From the NCBI GenBank assembly GCA_951406725.2, contig OX597826.1, forward strand, positions 35,898,001 to 35,962,000: 64,000 bases of DNA, in the 5' to 3' direction. This DNA is from Octopus vulgaris (Eukaryota). A program made the translations under genes and the position numbers. The notes below the pieces were generated by a model. That model searched no databases and was not told the origin of the DNA. It worked only from the letters and a program-made list of their open reading frames with translations. The stretch's first letter is position 1. Each line of letters opens with the position of its first letter. Of this stretch, positions 42,171 through 57,272 are shown one piece after another.

Positions 42171-43598
42171 TACATACACATGCACGTACATGTATAATGT
42201 GTGTATATATATATTTTGTATATATATATATGTGTGTATATATGTATTTTCAAGCAAAATGTCAATAGGAATGCTAAATGAAGTGAATTCAGTGCTACAT
42301 ATGTTTAATCATTATTAAAAATTAAAACCTTAATGAATAAAAAAGAAAATTTTGAGGTAAATGCATTTAACAAATATTAATTTAATCCACATATCATCTT
42401 ATGTTATACTGCACTTCACTAGTTCTCTGCAATCTCTTGTAAAACTTTTTGCTTTAAAATGTATTCGTGATGTATTTTGTAAAATATAGCTGTTGATCAG
42501 TTTTATATATTATTTATTATATTTATTATATTGTTGAACTACTCAATAATGTAATGACTTGTAATTTTGAGAAATTTGAATTTTTATAAGGTTTCATTTT
42601 CTGCTAAGTGTAAGTAACTTTAATTTAACTTAGGTATGTATATGTGTGGATTATGCTGTATTACCCTTTCCTTTGTCCGATTGCCAAAGCTTCAGGCTGC
42701 ACTTCACTTTGCATTTCTTCAAAGAGCACAGCACATTTGCAAAAACACATTATGTCCTGCTACAGAAAATTTAGTATTTTTCAGCATGTATTTTATGATG
42801 TGTGAATTTTCTCAAAGGCTTAAAATCTGTTATATAATTTTCAATTAAACAAATTCTTTACTCTAAGTATTAATTTATGTTTTATGGAATCCTTTTGTGA
42901 GAAATATATTCCTTAAATGCAAATTTATGTGAATCTGCTATGTCCTGTTGGTACATGTTTAAATACTATATTATATTTTAATGTATCTGCCTCAAAATAT
43001 TCGATATTCTAATAATTGAATTTAGTTATATACATACATATATAATACATATATCTACTGATACATTAAATCATGTGAGGTTATTTGTATTTGCATATAC
43101 ATTTGCAGGAATATTTACAGAAATTTTGTTTACATTTTCATACTCGCACATACCTGCAAACATATACATACACTTTATTCATAGACAGCAGTTTCTTCTT
43201 GTGAGAATAAATCTGTGGGTGTCAGGTCTTGTTATTTATTTAATTCACTCTGTTTAAACATGATGAAATTTAGTTTTTCATTATATCAATAAGTAATTTA
43301 ATAATTTGATCTTGCATTCATCATTCTATCCTAACTCTACAGTTGCATATTTACGAGCAGTAATTTTTTTTTTTTACTTTAACCTGAAGCTAACAGAAAC
43401 CTCCATCCATCAAATGGGGAATATACTTGACATAGAGAATGCTTAAACATCCAAAAGGTAAAGTTACTACATTAGTAGGTGAACAAATATAAATCATGCA
43501 TACATTTGTCTTTTAGTTCATTGGCAAAAAAATGAATGACCGTGATGATATAATATGATGATGATGATGATGATGATGCTAAAGAAATGTGAGTGGTG

Positions 43599-43633
<35 letters not shown>

Positions 43634-44059
43634 GTAAAGAAATAAATTGCATTGATTTATTTTCTTAAAATTTATTTTCTATGTTCACTTATCAATTTGT
43701 TTGAATGTGTTATACTCTAACATAGCATTTTAAAAAAAGTGAGTTATATACTGTCAAGATATTTTGTGAAATTTAAAAGTACATGTGACCTCATAGCAAG
43801 GTAAATGTATGATGTTAATGACATACATGTCTTCCTAATTAATGTGCTCGTTTCCCAGCTGTACCCTGAGTTTCTTGAGATGTTTGGATTTCTATGTGAG
43901 TATAGGACAAGTAATAACAATATTTTTTACTGACAATTTTTTTCCCAAGGATAATCTTGGATTATATTATGGAGCTGAGTGACCAGAACATGGCTTAACC
44001 CACCCACTCCAAAATACATGCAAAATGAAGTAGTTTGAAAAATATATTACTGTATCTAC

Positions 44060-44340
44060 CTATCTGGTCAGGTGGTTTGCCCAAACCAATGTAAGTCCTT
44101 CATATCAGATGCCTTGATCTTTCGTAACAGTTTTCATATCCTCAACTTCATCGCCAGTGTCTTTCCACGAGTTTATCAATAAATGCTCTTCTTATTCTAT
44201 TGATACTTGTATCTCCATGTACAGGTTTCCAGAGAAGGAAATAACTGGATATTTTATCCTTGCTTCTCCATCAGTGGCCTGCATAACATGTTCTTCTTTC
44301 ACTGATCACCAAAATGATTGTAGGAAGACTGCCATACAGT
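44060..44340 (-). mobile_element. RTE/RTE-X-like LINE 3' fragment, decayed
   Basis: Minus translation ERRTCYAGH*WRSKDKISSYFLLWKPVHGDTSINRIRRAFIDKL, then after a frameshift KDTGDEVEDMKTVTKDQGI; matches the RRLxFAGHCWR...LLWxPxHG...YIDQLxxDTG pattern. Confidence 0.75.
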
Positions 44341-44733
44341 GTCTCCCCAGGGCATCACCCTCTCCGAATTGAGCAGCTGTCACACAGACTTTGGATTATT
44401 CAGAAACTAGCTTAATTACGGATTTATGATCAAAGGGGGCCTAACTTTTAATTTTCTTTTCTTTTCTGTTTTTACTTACCCTTCCACTTTTTGCTTCTAC
44501 CTTCTCAATTTTCCTCATAATTTCTCTTGTACCAGCAACCTAATTTGTAACCTCTGCGCTCAGAGTCTCGAGGTTTCTTGAAAACACAAGGCCTGGTATA
44601 AAAACCTGCCTAGACTTGTGTCTCCAAAGCAAGAAACTATAAGTTGGCCATATCTTTACATTCTATACATTAAATGATATTTATCTCTTTCTGGGTGGAG
44701 TATTTTTTTGTTGGTCTTAATAATACAGTAAAT

Positions 44734-44806
<73 letters not shown>

Positions 44807-45145
44807 ATATATACACACACATATATATATATATCATATCTTTTAATCTTTTGCTTGTTTCAGTCACCAGACTGCTGCAGCCATGCTGGGGCAACATCTT
44901 GATGGGTTTTAGTGAAAGCATCACCACCAGTACCTATCTTTTAAAATCCTGCTACTTATTCTATCAGTCTCTTTTCTCCAGAAATTTGGTAGCATCTAAT
45001 ATGTGTATGTTTTTCCATGCCATCAAATATGGTAAATAAGACCTGATTTTTAATACCAACATATGTTGCCATTATACTGATTTGTGTTGTCATTGTGTGT
45101 GATTCAAAGACAGCAAGCAAATAGAGTCTGTAAAGCATTGGAATA

Positions 45146-45892
45146 GCATAAAAATCCATGTAATTTGCGCACCTGTGTAATTTATGCACGTAATTTTCTG
45201 GAAAAAATTTGCTAAAAAAAGCTTCTACTCATGTAAAATACGCATCCAAAAGTTTTCAGAATTGCTGATATAGCCAAGGAGGAAAAGGTTTTCAATTTAG
45301 TTGTATTTAGTATAATTTCACTTACTTGTGATTTTATTTTATTAAATTTTCAATAAATGAAAATAATTTCTGTTTAACAGGTATCACATTGAAAGCTATT
45401 AAATTACAAAATATTTGTGTTGATTGTAATAAACTTTATTTTACATTTCTTGCCCACAAGAGATTATGTCTGATCTTTAGCATACTGCTGTATGTATTCT
45501 CAAATCATAATCACAGGTAAAGTTGTTGATAAGAATTATCAACAGAAGCAAAGCTGATAAATACAAACAGGTGTTGCAAATTAAGTTTAATTACCACTAA
45601 ACATTAATGGTTTTAGTAAATTTATATTGTAAAAGTAAACATTATACAGTCCAGCATAAATAAAAGTCAATTTCATTATATTTAAGCCCTTATTTTGTAT
45701 GCAAAAAACCTATTCTGACATTAAATGAGTCAACTTCCAGTACGCATGTTTACATTTTGCACATCTTTTTACAGCAAACAAAAATGTTTAAATAAATTCT
45801 GGAAATGATCTACTCATGTGGTTTAGGTACCTCTAAAGTTTATTTCCATTACTTTCACAAAAAAAATGCATATTTCACATGGATTTTTACAG
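45146..45892. mobile_element. pogo/Tigger-like MITE, ~750 bp
   Basis: Imperfect TIRs gcataaaaatccatgtaatttgc / gcatatttcacatggatttttacag, each flanked by TA; second copy at 61949-62399. Confidence 0.75.
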
Positions 45893-46944
45893 TAAATGTT
45901 TTCTAGTATTTCTTCTGATTCTTTAGTTTCCAAGTTCAAATCCAATTAATGTTATATTTGCCTTCCAGGATTCCAGGGTCAATAGCATAAAGTACTAGTC
46001 AATTACTAGATTTGATGGAATCAATGAAACCCCTACCATCTTACTTGTTGGTCTTGTGCTTGAATAAAAACTATTTTCTAAAGACATGCATTGTCCAACT
46101 TAAAATATTATTTCTTTAATTTCTTTAATTATTATTTATGGAATGTTCCAACAGTTTGTCTTCAGAGTTCAAATTCTTATGAAGTCAACTTTACCTTTCA
46201 TCTTTCAAGGCTGATAAAATAAAGTACCAGTGAAATACTTGGGTCAGTCTAATTGACTTACTTCTTCCCCTCTCTTTGCTGAAATTATACAATATAAATA
46301 TGTGATGTTTTTCTAGGTGCAATTATGACTCTTTTTCGTTGAATTTCTTTCCCTCCCTAAGTTTTATTTCAGTTCATCATTAAAGCATTGTTAGGATTTA
46401 ATGACATTTCTTGTATGAGAGATGTGACTTATTGGGGAATTGTAATGCTGGGAAATAACATCCTTATATAAGTAATTGTAGAAGAATAAATCTCTCACAA
46501 ATTTATAACTACTGAAACCGTTGAAGACATCAATTCCTGTTAATGATATACTTATCTGATTTTACATGCCACTGCTGCAGCTACTTAGAATGGCTGGTAT
46601 TTCTACAACAGATACACTGCAGTGTTAAAGAACAGCCAGGTATCACAGCAACAAAACAGAAGCAGAATATTAATGACCAGACAAGCACAATAAGCACTGC
46701 TGAAGAATAAGTCATTGTCTAAGAGACACGTTTGGGAATGTAATAAATTGGCAGCTTTCAGCTGGAGATAGCTGAAATAATTTCTGCATTACAGCATTTC
46801 TTCCAAGTCCAAGTAGTCAGAGTTCGAATCTCACTGATGCCAACATTCATTTTTTAGGCTTGAGGAATTAAGTACAACCATGATATAAGTTATGTACGCA
46901 GAACATATATATTTGATTTAGCTCTTTCTCCATAAATGGAAATA

Positions 46945-47340
46945 GGTGCAGGCTTGGCTGTGTGGTAAGAAGCTTGCTTCCCAACCACATGGTTCTGGGT
47001 TAGGTCCTACTGCGTGGCAACTAGGGTAAGCGTCTTCTACTATAGCCTAGGCCAATCAAACCCTTGTGAGTGGATTTGATAAACAGAAACTGAAAAAAGC
47101 CTGTCATGTATATAAGTATATATTTATATGTGTGTGTTTGTGTCTCTGTTTGTCCACATCACTATCGCTTGACAACTGATGTTGGTGTGTTTAAGTCCCT
47201 GTATCTTAGCAGTACAGCAAAACGAGACCAATACAATAAGCACTGGGCTTACAAAGAATAAGTCCAGGGGTCGATTTTTCTGACTAAAAGGCTGTGCTCC
47301 AGCATGGTCAGAGTCAAATGACTGAGACAAGTAAAAGAAC
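46945..47340 (+). mobile_element. SINE family A, full length
   Basis: ggtgcaggcttggctgtgtggtaagaag ... gtcaaatgactgagacaagtaaaag. Confidence 0.9.
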
Positions 47341-47676
47341 ATAAATATATATACATACATATATATATATTTATCAAAGTATCAAGAACACTATCAGATG
47401 TTGATATACATCACTGTCCACAATGCACTTTGCATTGTATTAGCTTTTAAGTGGTACTACACGCTTCTGGTTAGGTGAGCAGGTCAACATTCCCCCTGAT
47501 TCAAAAGCCAGTTGTAATGTTACCCATTCACAGCTGAGTGGACAGGAGCAACATATAATGTAGTGCTTTGCCCAAGAATGCAATGCACAGCCATTCTGAG
47601 ATTTGAAACCATAATCTCACAGCTGTGAGTGCAACGCCTCTAACCACTAGGCCACAAACTATCACACACACATACA

Positions 47677-47726
<50 letters not shown>

Positions 47727-48028
47727 CATATATCACTAAACAAGATGACTTATTATTTACATACAAAATGTTCCTTGCTTAATTATGTGGATTTGGTTAT
47801 TATTCTTTCTATTTTATTTTTCTATTTCACTTTTATATATTTTTTTTTCTTTTGCCATTTCAATCATCTGAGAATGGCATTGTGGGAAATACTTGAAGGA
47901 TTTATATTGATGTCATTTACTGCTAAATAAATGGAAAAAAATGAATGGCTTCAAAATATATTGCAAAAAAGACGTATCTACATACAGATACATACAAATA
48001 TAGTCATACATACATGCATGTATATATA

Positions 48029-48087
<59 letters not shown>

Positions 48088-48142
48088 GTATGTATATATA
48101 TATAGATATATACATACATATATATATATATATGTATGTATA

Positions 48143-48193
<51 letters not shown>

Positions 48194-48641
48194 GCGTGTG
48201 TGTGTGTTTAAACTCAGATTTTGTAAGATATGTTGTTAAAATATCTATATTAGATTTTGTTTGGTTTTAATGAAAATATATCATGTAGATGTCGAAAACA
48301 TGGCTATCAGGAACATTATTTTGGGTAATTTTGAAGACACATGTTACACACACGTGCGCACACACACACACGCACGCACACACACACAAGCACACACATG
48401 CACACACACACGCACACACACACACACACAAGCACACACATACACTCACAGAGGCACACACACACAAGCATACTGATAGACGGTAGATAGATATAAATAT
48501 ATATCATTATATATTTAGAAATGTATATATATAAATAAACAATTATACATACATACATACCTCTATAGGTGTGTATACATATAGATATATCGTATACCAA
48601 TAGTTTTGACACTCCGAAATATGTATATACATATATATGTA

Positions 48642-48688
<47 letters not shown>

Positions 48689-48764
48689 ATACATAAATAC
48701 ATACACGGATAGATAGAGGGATAGAGAGAAATAAATAAATGAATTAATACACAAACACACACAC

Positions 48765-48807
<43 letters not shown>

Positions 48808-49068
48808 GACACATTGTTACACAGATTGAAAGAATGGGAGGTAGACAGGGAGACAGACAGGTTGAGAGAGAGACAGAAAGAGGAAGTGCATATCTTAGTA
48901 TTTCTTGGTTAGTGTGTCCAAAGCATTCGTGCTGTTAAATGTACACATATGAATAAGTATACATTCTTTACACACATACATACATACACATGAGCACATG
49001 CATATCTTCATACATAAATATCTGTATGTATATATATATATATATATACATACACGCATATATATATG

Positions 49069-49102
<34 letters not shown>

Positions 49103-49154
49103 CATGTATGTATATGTATATATACATACACCCACACACATATAGATAGATATT

Positions 49155-49217
<63 letters not shown>

Positions 49218-50054
49218 ATGTATATATGGACTTGTGTTTGTCACTTTAAATGTGTTCACCCAACATGAATTTGTCCGTGTCTGAGAGTACACATGTGTGA
49301 TTGTGTCGCTTTATATTTATTATTGATGAAATGACTAAGTGTTCCTATGTTGTCTTTAGGAAATCTTCATAGGAACACATTCAAGCTATTAAATGTGTAG
49401 CTGTAGTCAAAGTGTTATATTACATTTATTATACATTTCCTTCAAACCAAAACTGTGATAAAACATTTTTTTTAGATTTTGTTTTCGTAGCCATTGGTTT
49501 CAAAATATATATGTATAAAACACACATATTCTAAAAAGAATAAATAAAGAGGAAGAAATACACTTTATTATTTCTTTTTACAACCTCTGGCTTAAAAATT
49601 GAAAATATATCATAAAAATTTAATCTGGGGGAAAGAAAGAAATTGAACAGTAAAGAATTAAATTATAAAAAGAGAAAGGTGAGGGAATAGTATATTGGTG
49701 TTCCATGGAGTTTTATTAAAAAAACATTCACAAACAAGACAAAAGTTGTTAACTGCATCACGTATTAAGAGTCCAATAAAGAACTTGTTAGAGTATGACA
49801 TTTAAGAGGGAATCAAGTTCTGTAGAAAACAAGTTGGTCATGTGACATCTCTAATGCTGATTGGTTACTTCAATATGACACCAGAATTAATCTAAATAAA
49901 CTTAGGATAAAAATCTGTGGAGGACTGAATGTCCAGGTTTTCAGAGCATATTTAGGTTTAGGGTTAGTTGTAAAAATATTGTATTTAGTTAGAAACAGTT
50001 GTACAACTGTTGTACATGTGTTAATGTTGTAAGACTTGTTTAGACGTACATATA

Positions 50055-50912
50055 CACATGTCACTGCCCTCGTTTGCACCTCCTGCCATGAGGAAGGTTC
50101 ATCTGGTTTTCTTGACAGAAAGAGATCCAGTTTTGTTTTGAAAACACCTGCATCCACTTTGTGTAGTTCCCTCAGGCTCTTTGGCAGAATAGTAAAAAGC
50201 AGTGGGCCCTTGAAACCCAGGCTGTTGCAGTAATTGATTCTGAAGCACAAAGGCAGTGTTGGGATCTTTGGCACTGTGCAGTGGTGACCTGTTCTGAGCT
50301 GTTTCAATGCAATGATCTTTGTGTAGCTTCACTGGATTGCTTCAGGTCTGCTGTTACTTATACACTGTGTAGTGACCATAGTTGGGATCAGTAGTCCAAA
50401 TGGCTGAGAACTAATGTCCTCCAGAGGACCATCATGATTTCTTTCCTCCGGTTCTGAAGGTTTACAGGATCCAGCCAGCCAGTTATCTGCACTTTGTTGC
50501 CATTTTGGAAATGTGCATTAGGAAAGTGGTATCATCACTCACATCGATATCCAGGTCACATGCTGATTTAGGTTCTGGGATTGTAATCCCCCTGGGCCAG
50601 TGTACCCTATATGATGTTGTTCAATATTGGGTGCTGGTAGCAGAGGACTTGAAATTTCCTGCATTAAACTGCATATTATTGTCCTCAGCCCATTTGCAAA
50701 TTGTGTCGAACTCCTGCTGCAGTGGTGCAACATCGATAGGGTTTTGTATTTTCTGTGAGACTTTTGTGTTGCATGCATAGCTAGTGGGGGCATATCTGAG
50801 AGGATCACAATGAAAAGCAGTGGTCCTAAGACAGAACCCTGTGGAACACTGCTCCCTATTTGTGTTTCCTTTGAGGTGACACCATTGGCCACTACTGCCT
50901 GACTTCTATCTT
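50055..50912 (-). mobile_element. CR1/L2-group LINE reverse transcriptase and C-terminal fragment, frameshifted
   Basis: SSVPQGSVLGPLLFIVILSDMP (RT motif); LWRTLVLSHLDY*SQLW; NSLGFKGPLLFTILPKSLR...FKTKLDLFLSRKPDEP. Confidence 0.88.
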
Positions 50913-51017
50913 TCTATATATACATATATATTATATATATACACACATACATACATATATGCGTATATATAAGAAATTAAAATGACAAGGGAATGAGAAA
51001 CTATGCCATGAAGTTCA

Positions 51018-51100
51018 TTGTCTGACAGCTGTTTCTAGTGTAAGATTCAGTGTACTCACAGTTTAATGCTTGTGTTTCATTCTATAGCTTCATCAGAGTT
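51018..51100 (-). ncRNA. Degenerate hammerhead-like motif with long stem II
   Basis: Minus strand CTGATGAAG (from 51096) ... GAAA-CAGCTG-TC (51035-51024) with palindromic stem III; stems I and II imperfect. Confidence 0.4.
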
Positions 51101-51132
51101 TCAAAAATGAAGTGCTACATACATACATGTAC

Positions 51133-51134
<2 letters not shown>

Positions 51135-51163
<29 letters not shown>

Positions 51164-51217
51164 TGTATGTATGTATGTATGTATGTATGTATGTATGTAT
51201 GTATGTTTGTATGTATG

Positions 51218-51248
<31 letters not shown>

Positions 51249-51290
51249 GTATGTATGTATGTATGTATGTACGTACATACGTATGTTTGT
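51135..51290. repeat. (GTAT)n microsatellite
   Basis: Direct periodicity. Confidence 0.95.
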
Positions 51291-51698
51291 ACGCATGCAT
51301 ATTTCCTTCCATTGTTTCTAAATTCAGCAAATATTTCTCCAGAGCCAAATTGGAAATGTATGACACTACTTTTTCTTATGGTGATGATTGTTTACAGTTA
51401 TCCCAATTAGTACTTAATGTTAAAACACTACAAAATAGATATATGTCAATAACAATAGTACACCAAAACTTTTGACACCAAAAAATGAATGTCTTAGTGA
51501 ATTTAACAATGTTTGTGTGTTTTTGAAGGACTAATTTGTGTTTTCTATTTTTCAATTATCATTTTAGTTTCAATGCACAGTCTCACATCAAATCACTTGC
51601 TTAGCACACATACACATCTGAAATTATATATAATTATAAACATAAATAAATATATTTATATTTATAATTAAATAAATACACAATAATAAATCTCTGAG

Positions 51699-52040
51699 TG
51701 AGAGGTAAACAGTAGGAGCATGGAATCATGAAGCATATTTGCCACCTAAATGTGGCAGACCCATAGGGGACATTGCTACTGTTGGTTATAGCCCCCAGGA
51801 AGACATCTCCTCTAGCTGGCTAGTGACACACTGTCTGTGTCTGATTAGTATCTGCAAAGGCAAATCATAGTTCCCACCTCTAGCCTTACGTGACACACAC
51901 ATACCTGGCTTTCTGATTAGTAACCTGTCATCAGCGTGTAGCAGTGACTAGTTAATGATGAGAAGTCAAACCGCAATGCAGAATATTATATGCTTTTTCC
52001 AGTGACACACTGTCGCTGATCTTGAAAAAGGAGAAGCAAG
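51699..52040. mobile_element. 342-bp insert bounded by an exact 18-bp direct repeat
   Basis: caataataaatctctgag at 51681-51698 and 52041-52058. Confidence 0.55.
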
Positions 52041-52397
52041 CAATAATAAATCTCTGAGCCCATTTCTTTTAGACTTTAGATTCCTGAATGGAAAGATATT
52101 AATCTAAAGCCTAAAAGAGAAGGGCTTTTGTTAGAGGTTTGCAAACCATTAAATTGCACAGAACTGAATCAAACTGTCTTAAATAATATATGTGACTCCT
52201 ATTGAATGTGTTGAGGGCCCCGTTCTTTTGTTTGCCTACTCATTGATTCATACATACATACATACATGCACACATACATACATATATACATACATATATA
52301 TATACACACACACATATATATATATCATCTATTTATGTCTACATATCTACCTAAAAATCTATTTATATTTCTATCTGATTTTCTGTCTGCCTCTCTA

Positions 52398-52469
<72 letters not shown>

Positions 52470-52574
52470 CATCAATCTATCAAATATATATGCACACACA
52501 CACACACATATATATATATATACATATATACACACACCACACAAACGTGTGTGTGTGTGTGTATGTATATATAA

Positions 52575-52815
52575 AGCACCATTGGAGTGTGGTCAATGCC
52601 AGTGCTGCCTGACTGGCCCCTGTGCCAGTGGCACATAAAAAGCACCTACTACACTCTCGGGGTGGTTGGTGTTAGGAAGGGCATCCAGCTGTAGAAACCA
52701 TGTCAGATCAGATTGGAGCCTGGTGCAGCCTCCTGGCTTGCCAGTCCTCATTTAAACCGTCCGAACTCATGCCAACATGGAAAGCAGATGTCAAACGATG
52801 ATGATGATGATGATA
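52575..52815 (+). mobile_element. SINE family B
   Basis: aaagcacctactacactctcggggtggttggtgttaggaagggcatccagc ... (GAT)n tail. Confidence 0.85.
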
Positions 52816-52850
52816 TATATATATACATATATACATATGTATATATGTTC

Positions 52851-53230
52851 AGTAGCTTGTTTACCAACCACATGGTTCCGGGTTCAGTCCCACTGCGTGG
52901 CACCTTGGGCAAGTGTCTTCTACTGTAGCCTCGGGCCAACCAAAGCCTTGTGAGTGGATTTGGTAGACAGAAACTGAAAGAAGCCCGTCGTATATATGTA
53001 TATATATGTATATATATGCGTGTGTGTGTTTGTGTGCCTGTGTTTGTCCCCCTAGCATTGCTTGACAACCGATGGTGGTGTGTTTATGTCCCCGTCACTT
53101 AGCGGTTCGGCAAAAATGATCGATAGAATAAGTACTGGGCTTACAATGAATAAGTCCCAGGGTCGAGCTGCTTGACTAAAGGCGGTGCTCCAGCATGGCC
53201 GCAGTCAAATGACTGAAACAAGTAAAAGAG
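52851..53230 (+). mobile_element. SINE family A, near full length, followed by an inverted older 5' half (~53268-53420)
   Basis: B-box-like GGTTCAGTCCC and family tail; reverse-complement head remnant downstream. Confidence 0.88.
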
Positions 53231-53644
53231 TACATATATATATATATTATATGTAATGTAATGTAATGGGATTCTTTCAGTTTCCATCTATCAAATCTGT
53301 TCACTAGGCATTGGTGAGACAGAGTCTGTAGAAGAACACCGTTGCTCAAGATACTGCACTGTGACACTGATCCCAAAATGAACTGGTTGTAATGTAAAGC
53401 AAACTTCTTAAACTCACACGCATGATTTCACTGAATAATGGACATGGTACTTTTCGCAATTCACTAACAAATCTGACAATCCAAAGGATTACTGCATAAC
53501 TAAGTCAGCACGTTAGCAACATTTACATCTATAATACTGCTTTGTCCTGGCTATTGTTCTTGATCAAATCATCGGTCTATATCACAAGAGCTTTATATTC
53601 TTTTGTATATACATACATACATACACACACCGACACACACACAA

Positions 53645-53685
<41 letters not shown>

Positions 53686-53695
53686 AATATATATA

Positions 53696-53838
<143 letters not shown>

Positions 53839-55409
53839 ATATATATTTATATGTGTGCATTTATGTATGTATGTAATTGTGTATGCATTGTAATGAAGCA
53901 TTTTACGGAAAAATATGGCAAATCGATGCCTACTGACTGCCGTTTATTCTCTCTTGAAAGATTAATATCAATACCTGCAACCACTTAGTGCCAGTTTTAT
54001 AGACAATAAAAACACTAAATACATATCAAACACACACAAAATAAACATAAATAAAGGAGATATAAATATTTCAGGGAGCTAATGTTGTGTTATAACATGT
54101 TTCGATTTACCTGAACTTGTTTCAGTTCCTACCTGTTTGCATTTCGTCCCATCTTTCCTTTCATGCGAGATGTATATCAAATTGAATTAACTGTCATACA
54201 TGTTGTGACCTGCTGCAATAAACCACACAACACCCAGCGGTGGAGGGTGATGGGGGCTTAGCCACGGAAATAATATTATCGTTGCATTTGAATAAAGTCA
54301 GCCATGGTAAACATCCTTTAGTTTTCATTCAAAGTACCAAGTGAACCCAGTAATGCAGTAACACTCTCTTATAAATACATGCATACATACATACATGGAA
54401 ACAAACACACACATGCACACATATATGTATGTGTAAATATATATGTATGTTTATATATGCTTAACATATATATATATGCATACATGTATAAACATGCAAA
54501 TGTACACACATTATATATACAGGTATGTATACATATATGTATATATATTTAAATAGACATACACACAAACATGCATACTGTGTATACAGGTATACATACA
54601 TAGATGTGTATGTATGTATATATGTGTATGTGTGTGCATGTACATACATACACATACATACATTATATTTACAGGGATGCATACATATCTATATATATGC
54701 ATATATACATTTCCATACATATATAAACACACATACACACTACCCATCTATCCCTAAGTTGGTGTGAGTATACATAAACAATCTTATTGTTAGTTTGTTT
54801 TATAGTTGTTTTTATTATTATTATTATTTTCTGTTTTGCTTAAATCATTGTTGTTTCATTTTTCTTTTTTTTTCTCACAAAAACAGATTTTATCTCCAGC
54901 AAAAACTCTTTTGAGGGACAAAAATACATAAATAAACCACCCCCAATACCTAGGTTTTGTGTTATCCTCACAGCACAAGTTTCTACGTTTCTGTGTGGCT
55001 TCAACTGATTACATTATTGTTGTTAGCATTGGAGTTGGTTATCATGGTCATAGTGGCCCTCTATTTGTCTTCTGTTCCAATAAACCTTTATCTTACACTT
55101 AGCACACAAACAGTTTATTATTCTTTTATTATCAATTTAATTTAATGTCATTTCAACCATCATAAACCTATTCTATTAGCTTTTTATATATTTCCGTTCA
55201 TTTATGGCAAAGTCAGAAATTTGGTTGCCCAGATTTCATTTTGTCAGTGGTGAACTTTCCTGGCAATATAAACTGTCTCAATGACCGCTGGATCAGTGAA
55301 ACAACAAAGACATCAGACTATAATAGAGTTCTTGATGTGCTTGCTTCCATTTGGGTGATACCCAGGACGTTTTTACATCTTTGAAGTCCAATAAATTCAA
55401 TGAGGTTAC

Positions 55410-55845
55410 ATTATCATCATCGTCGTCATCCTCATCGCTTGATGTCCACTAATCTATGCATGGGTTATTTTGAGTTGGATTTTCTACGGCTGGATACCTT
55501 TCCTATCAACGCCTTTCACCTGTTTTTATGCAGGAAGATGTTTCTCTCTGGCCAGACATGTTCATGTTCTCGCAGAGTATTAAAGATGAATGACATTGTT
55601 TGTATGATAGTGACAAGCATTTACATTTATCCGGCATGTCAAGACAACGAGACACCAACGCATACACACATATATGTACTCCACACACACATATAGTGGG
55701 CTTCTTTCAGTTTCCATCTAGCAGATCCACTCACAAGACTTTAGTCAGAGTCAGACTATAGCGGGAGACACTTGCATAAGATGCCATGCACTGGAGCTGA
55801 ACTTAAAACCTTGTGGTTAGGAAGCAGACTTCTAAACCACACAAA
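55410..55845 (-). mobile_element. Composite SINE: family A head, distinct body, RTE-type (GAT)n tail; related pieces at ~14490-14700, 23620-23810, 40430-40645
   Basis: Head ttctttcagtttcc..ccactcacaag, body ggccagacatgtt, tail ctacggctggatacc plus (cat)n. Confidence 0.6.
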
Positions 55846-56239
55846 AATTCTCTCACCTATATGCCACACCTGTATATTAAGGAAAAAAAAACAAGAAAAT
55901 AGATAGGGCAGGAATTCTGGATGGCCAAGAGATTAGTGAGAAAGGAATGGGATTTGTATAATTAGAGCAAGGAGGAAGCAGGGTCTATACAAGCAGGCAA
56001 AATATGTTTAACCAGCTAGAAAGGGCAGCTAAATTTTCCTTAAAAAATATCATGTAAACTCACTATGGATAATTTGTTCTTGGATATATCTGTGTTTATG
56101 TTTCAGTGTGTATTCGTCTGAAAGTTAGAGAGACAGGATGGTCATTAATGGAATGATTTTGGTCATCAAACTGATCACTCAGAAATTCTGTGTATCCAAG
56201 CAACATCAACAAAATAGACAATAATAATAATGATAATAC

Positions 56240-56280
<41 letters not shown>

Positions 56281-56637
56281 GTAATAATAATAATAACAAC
56301 AATAATAATAGTAGTAATAATATCAAACAAAACTCTGAGAGGGAATACATGTGAAGGTGAAAACGTATTGAAGTATATAAAATTTAATGAGGCTGTGTAG
56401 ATGTGAAAAAGACAAAAAACATTTATTATGTGAAAACTAGAAAATTAAAATTGATGCAATTCATAACAAAAGAAAATCTCAGGTGAATTGAAGTTTTACT
56501 GACAAACAGGGATGGTGTAGAGGAGTGGGGATCACCTGAGTTTATTCATTTGTTTCTCTAACATTTGTGTAGCATGCCTTATACAATTATTTGTGCTCTA
56601 TAAAATTAATCTTATTTATATAAAACATATACATAAC

Positions 56638-56687
<50 letters not shown>

Positions 56688-56739
56688 TACATACATGTAT
56701 ATATACATATATGTATACACGTATACACATATATGTGAG

Positions 56740-56787
<48 letters not shown>

Positions 56788-57047
56788 TATATATATGTGT
56801 GTGTGTGTGTGTCTGTGTGTATATGACTTTTTATGTTTATATATTTGTGTGTGTGTGGATGTATGTATATTTGTATGCACATACACATGTTTAAATATAT
56901 CTGCATGCATATGTATAGATATATATATATTTACATATACACATGCTCACACATTTTCATACAAACAGACGCACACATGTAAATGTATATATATATATAT
57001 ATATACATATAGATAGATAGATCGATAGATAGATAGACAGATCGATA

Positions 57048-57079
<32 letters not shown>

Positions 57080-57177
57080 CTCATATATATACAAATATAT
57101 ACACATATATACACACACACACACATATATATATATATGTGTGTGTGTGTATGTATATACATGCATATACGTGTATA

Positions 57178-57219
<42 letters not shown>

Positions 57220-57272
57220 GTGGGGGCCAACCCTGTGTATATATAATAATTATTTGAAAGTGTCAATTTACA

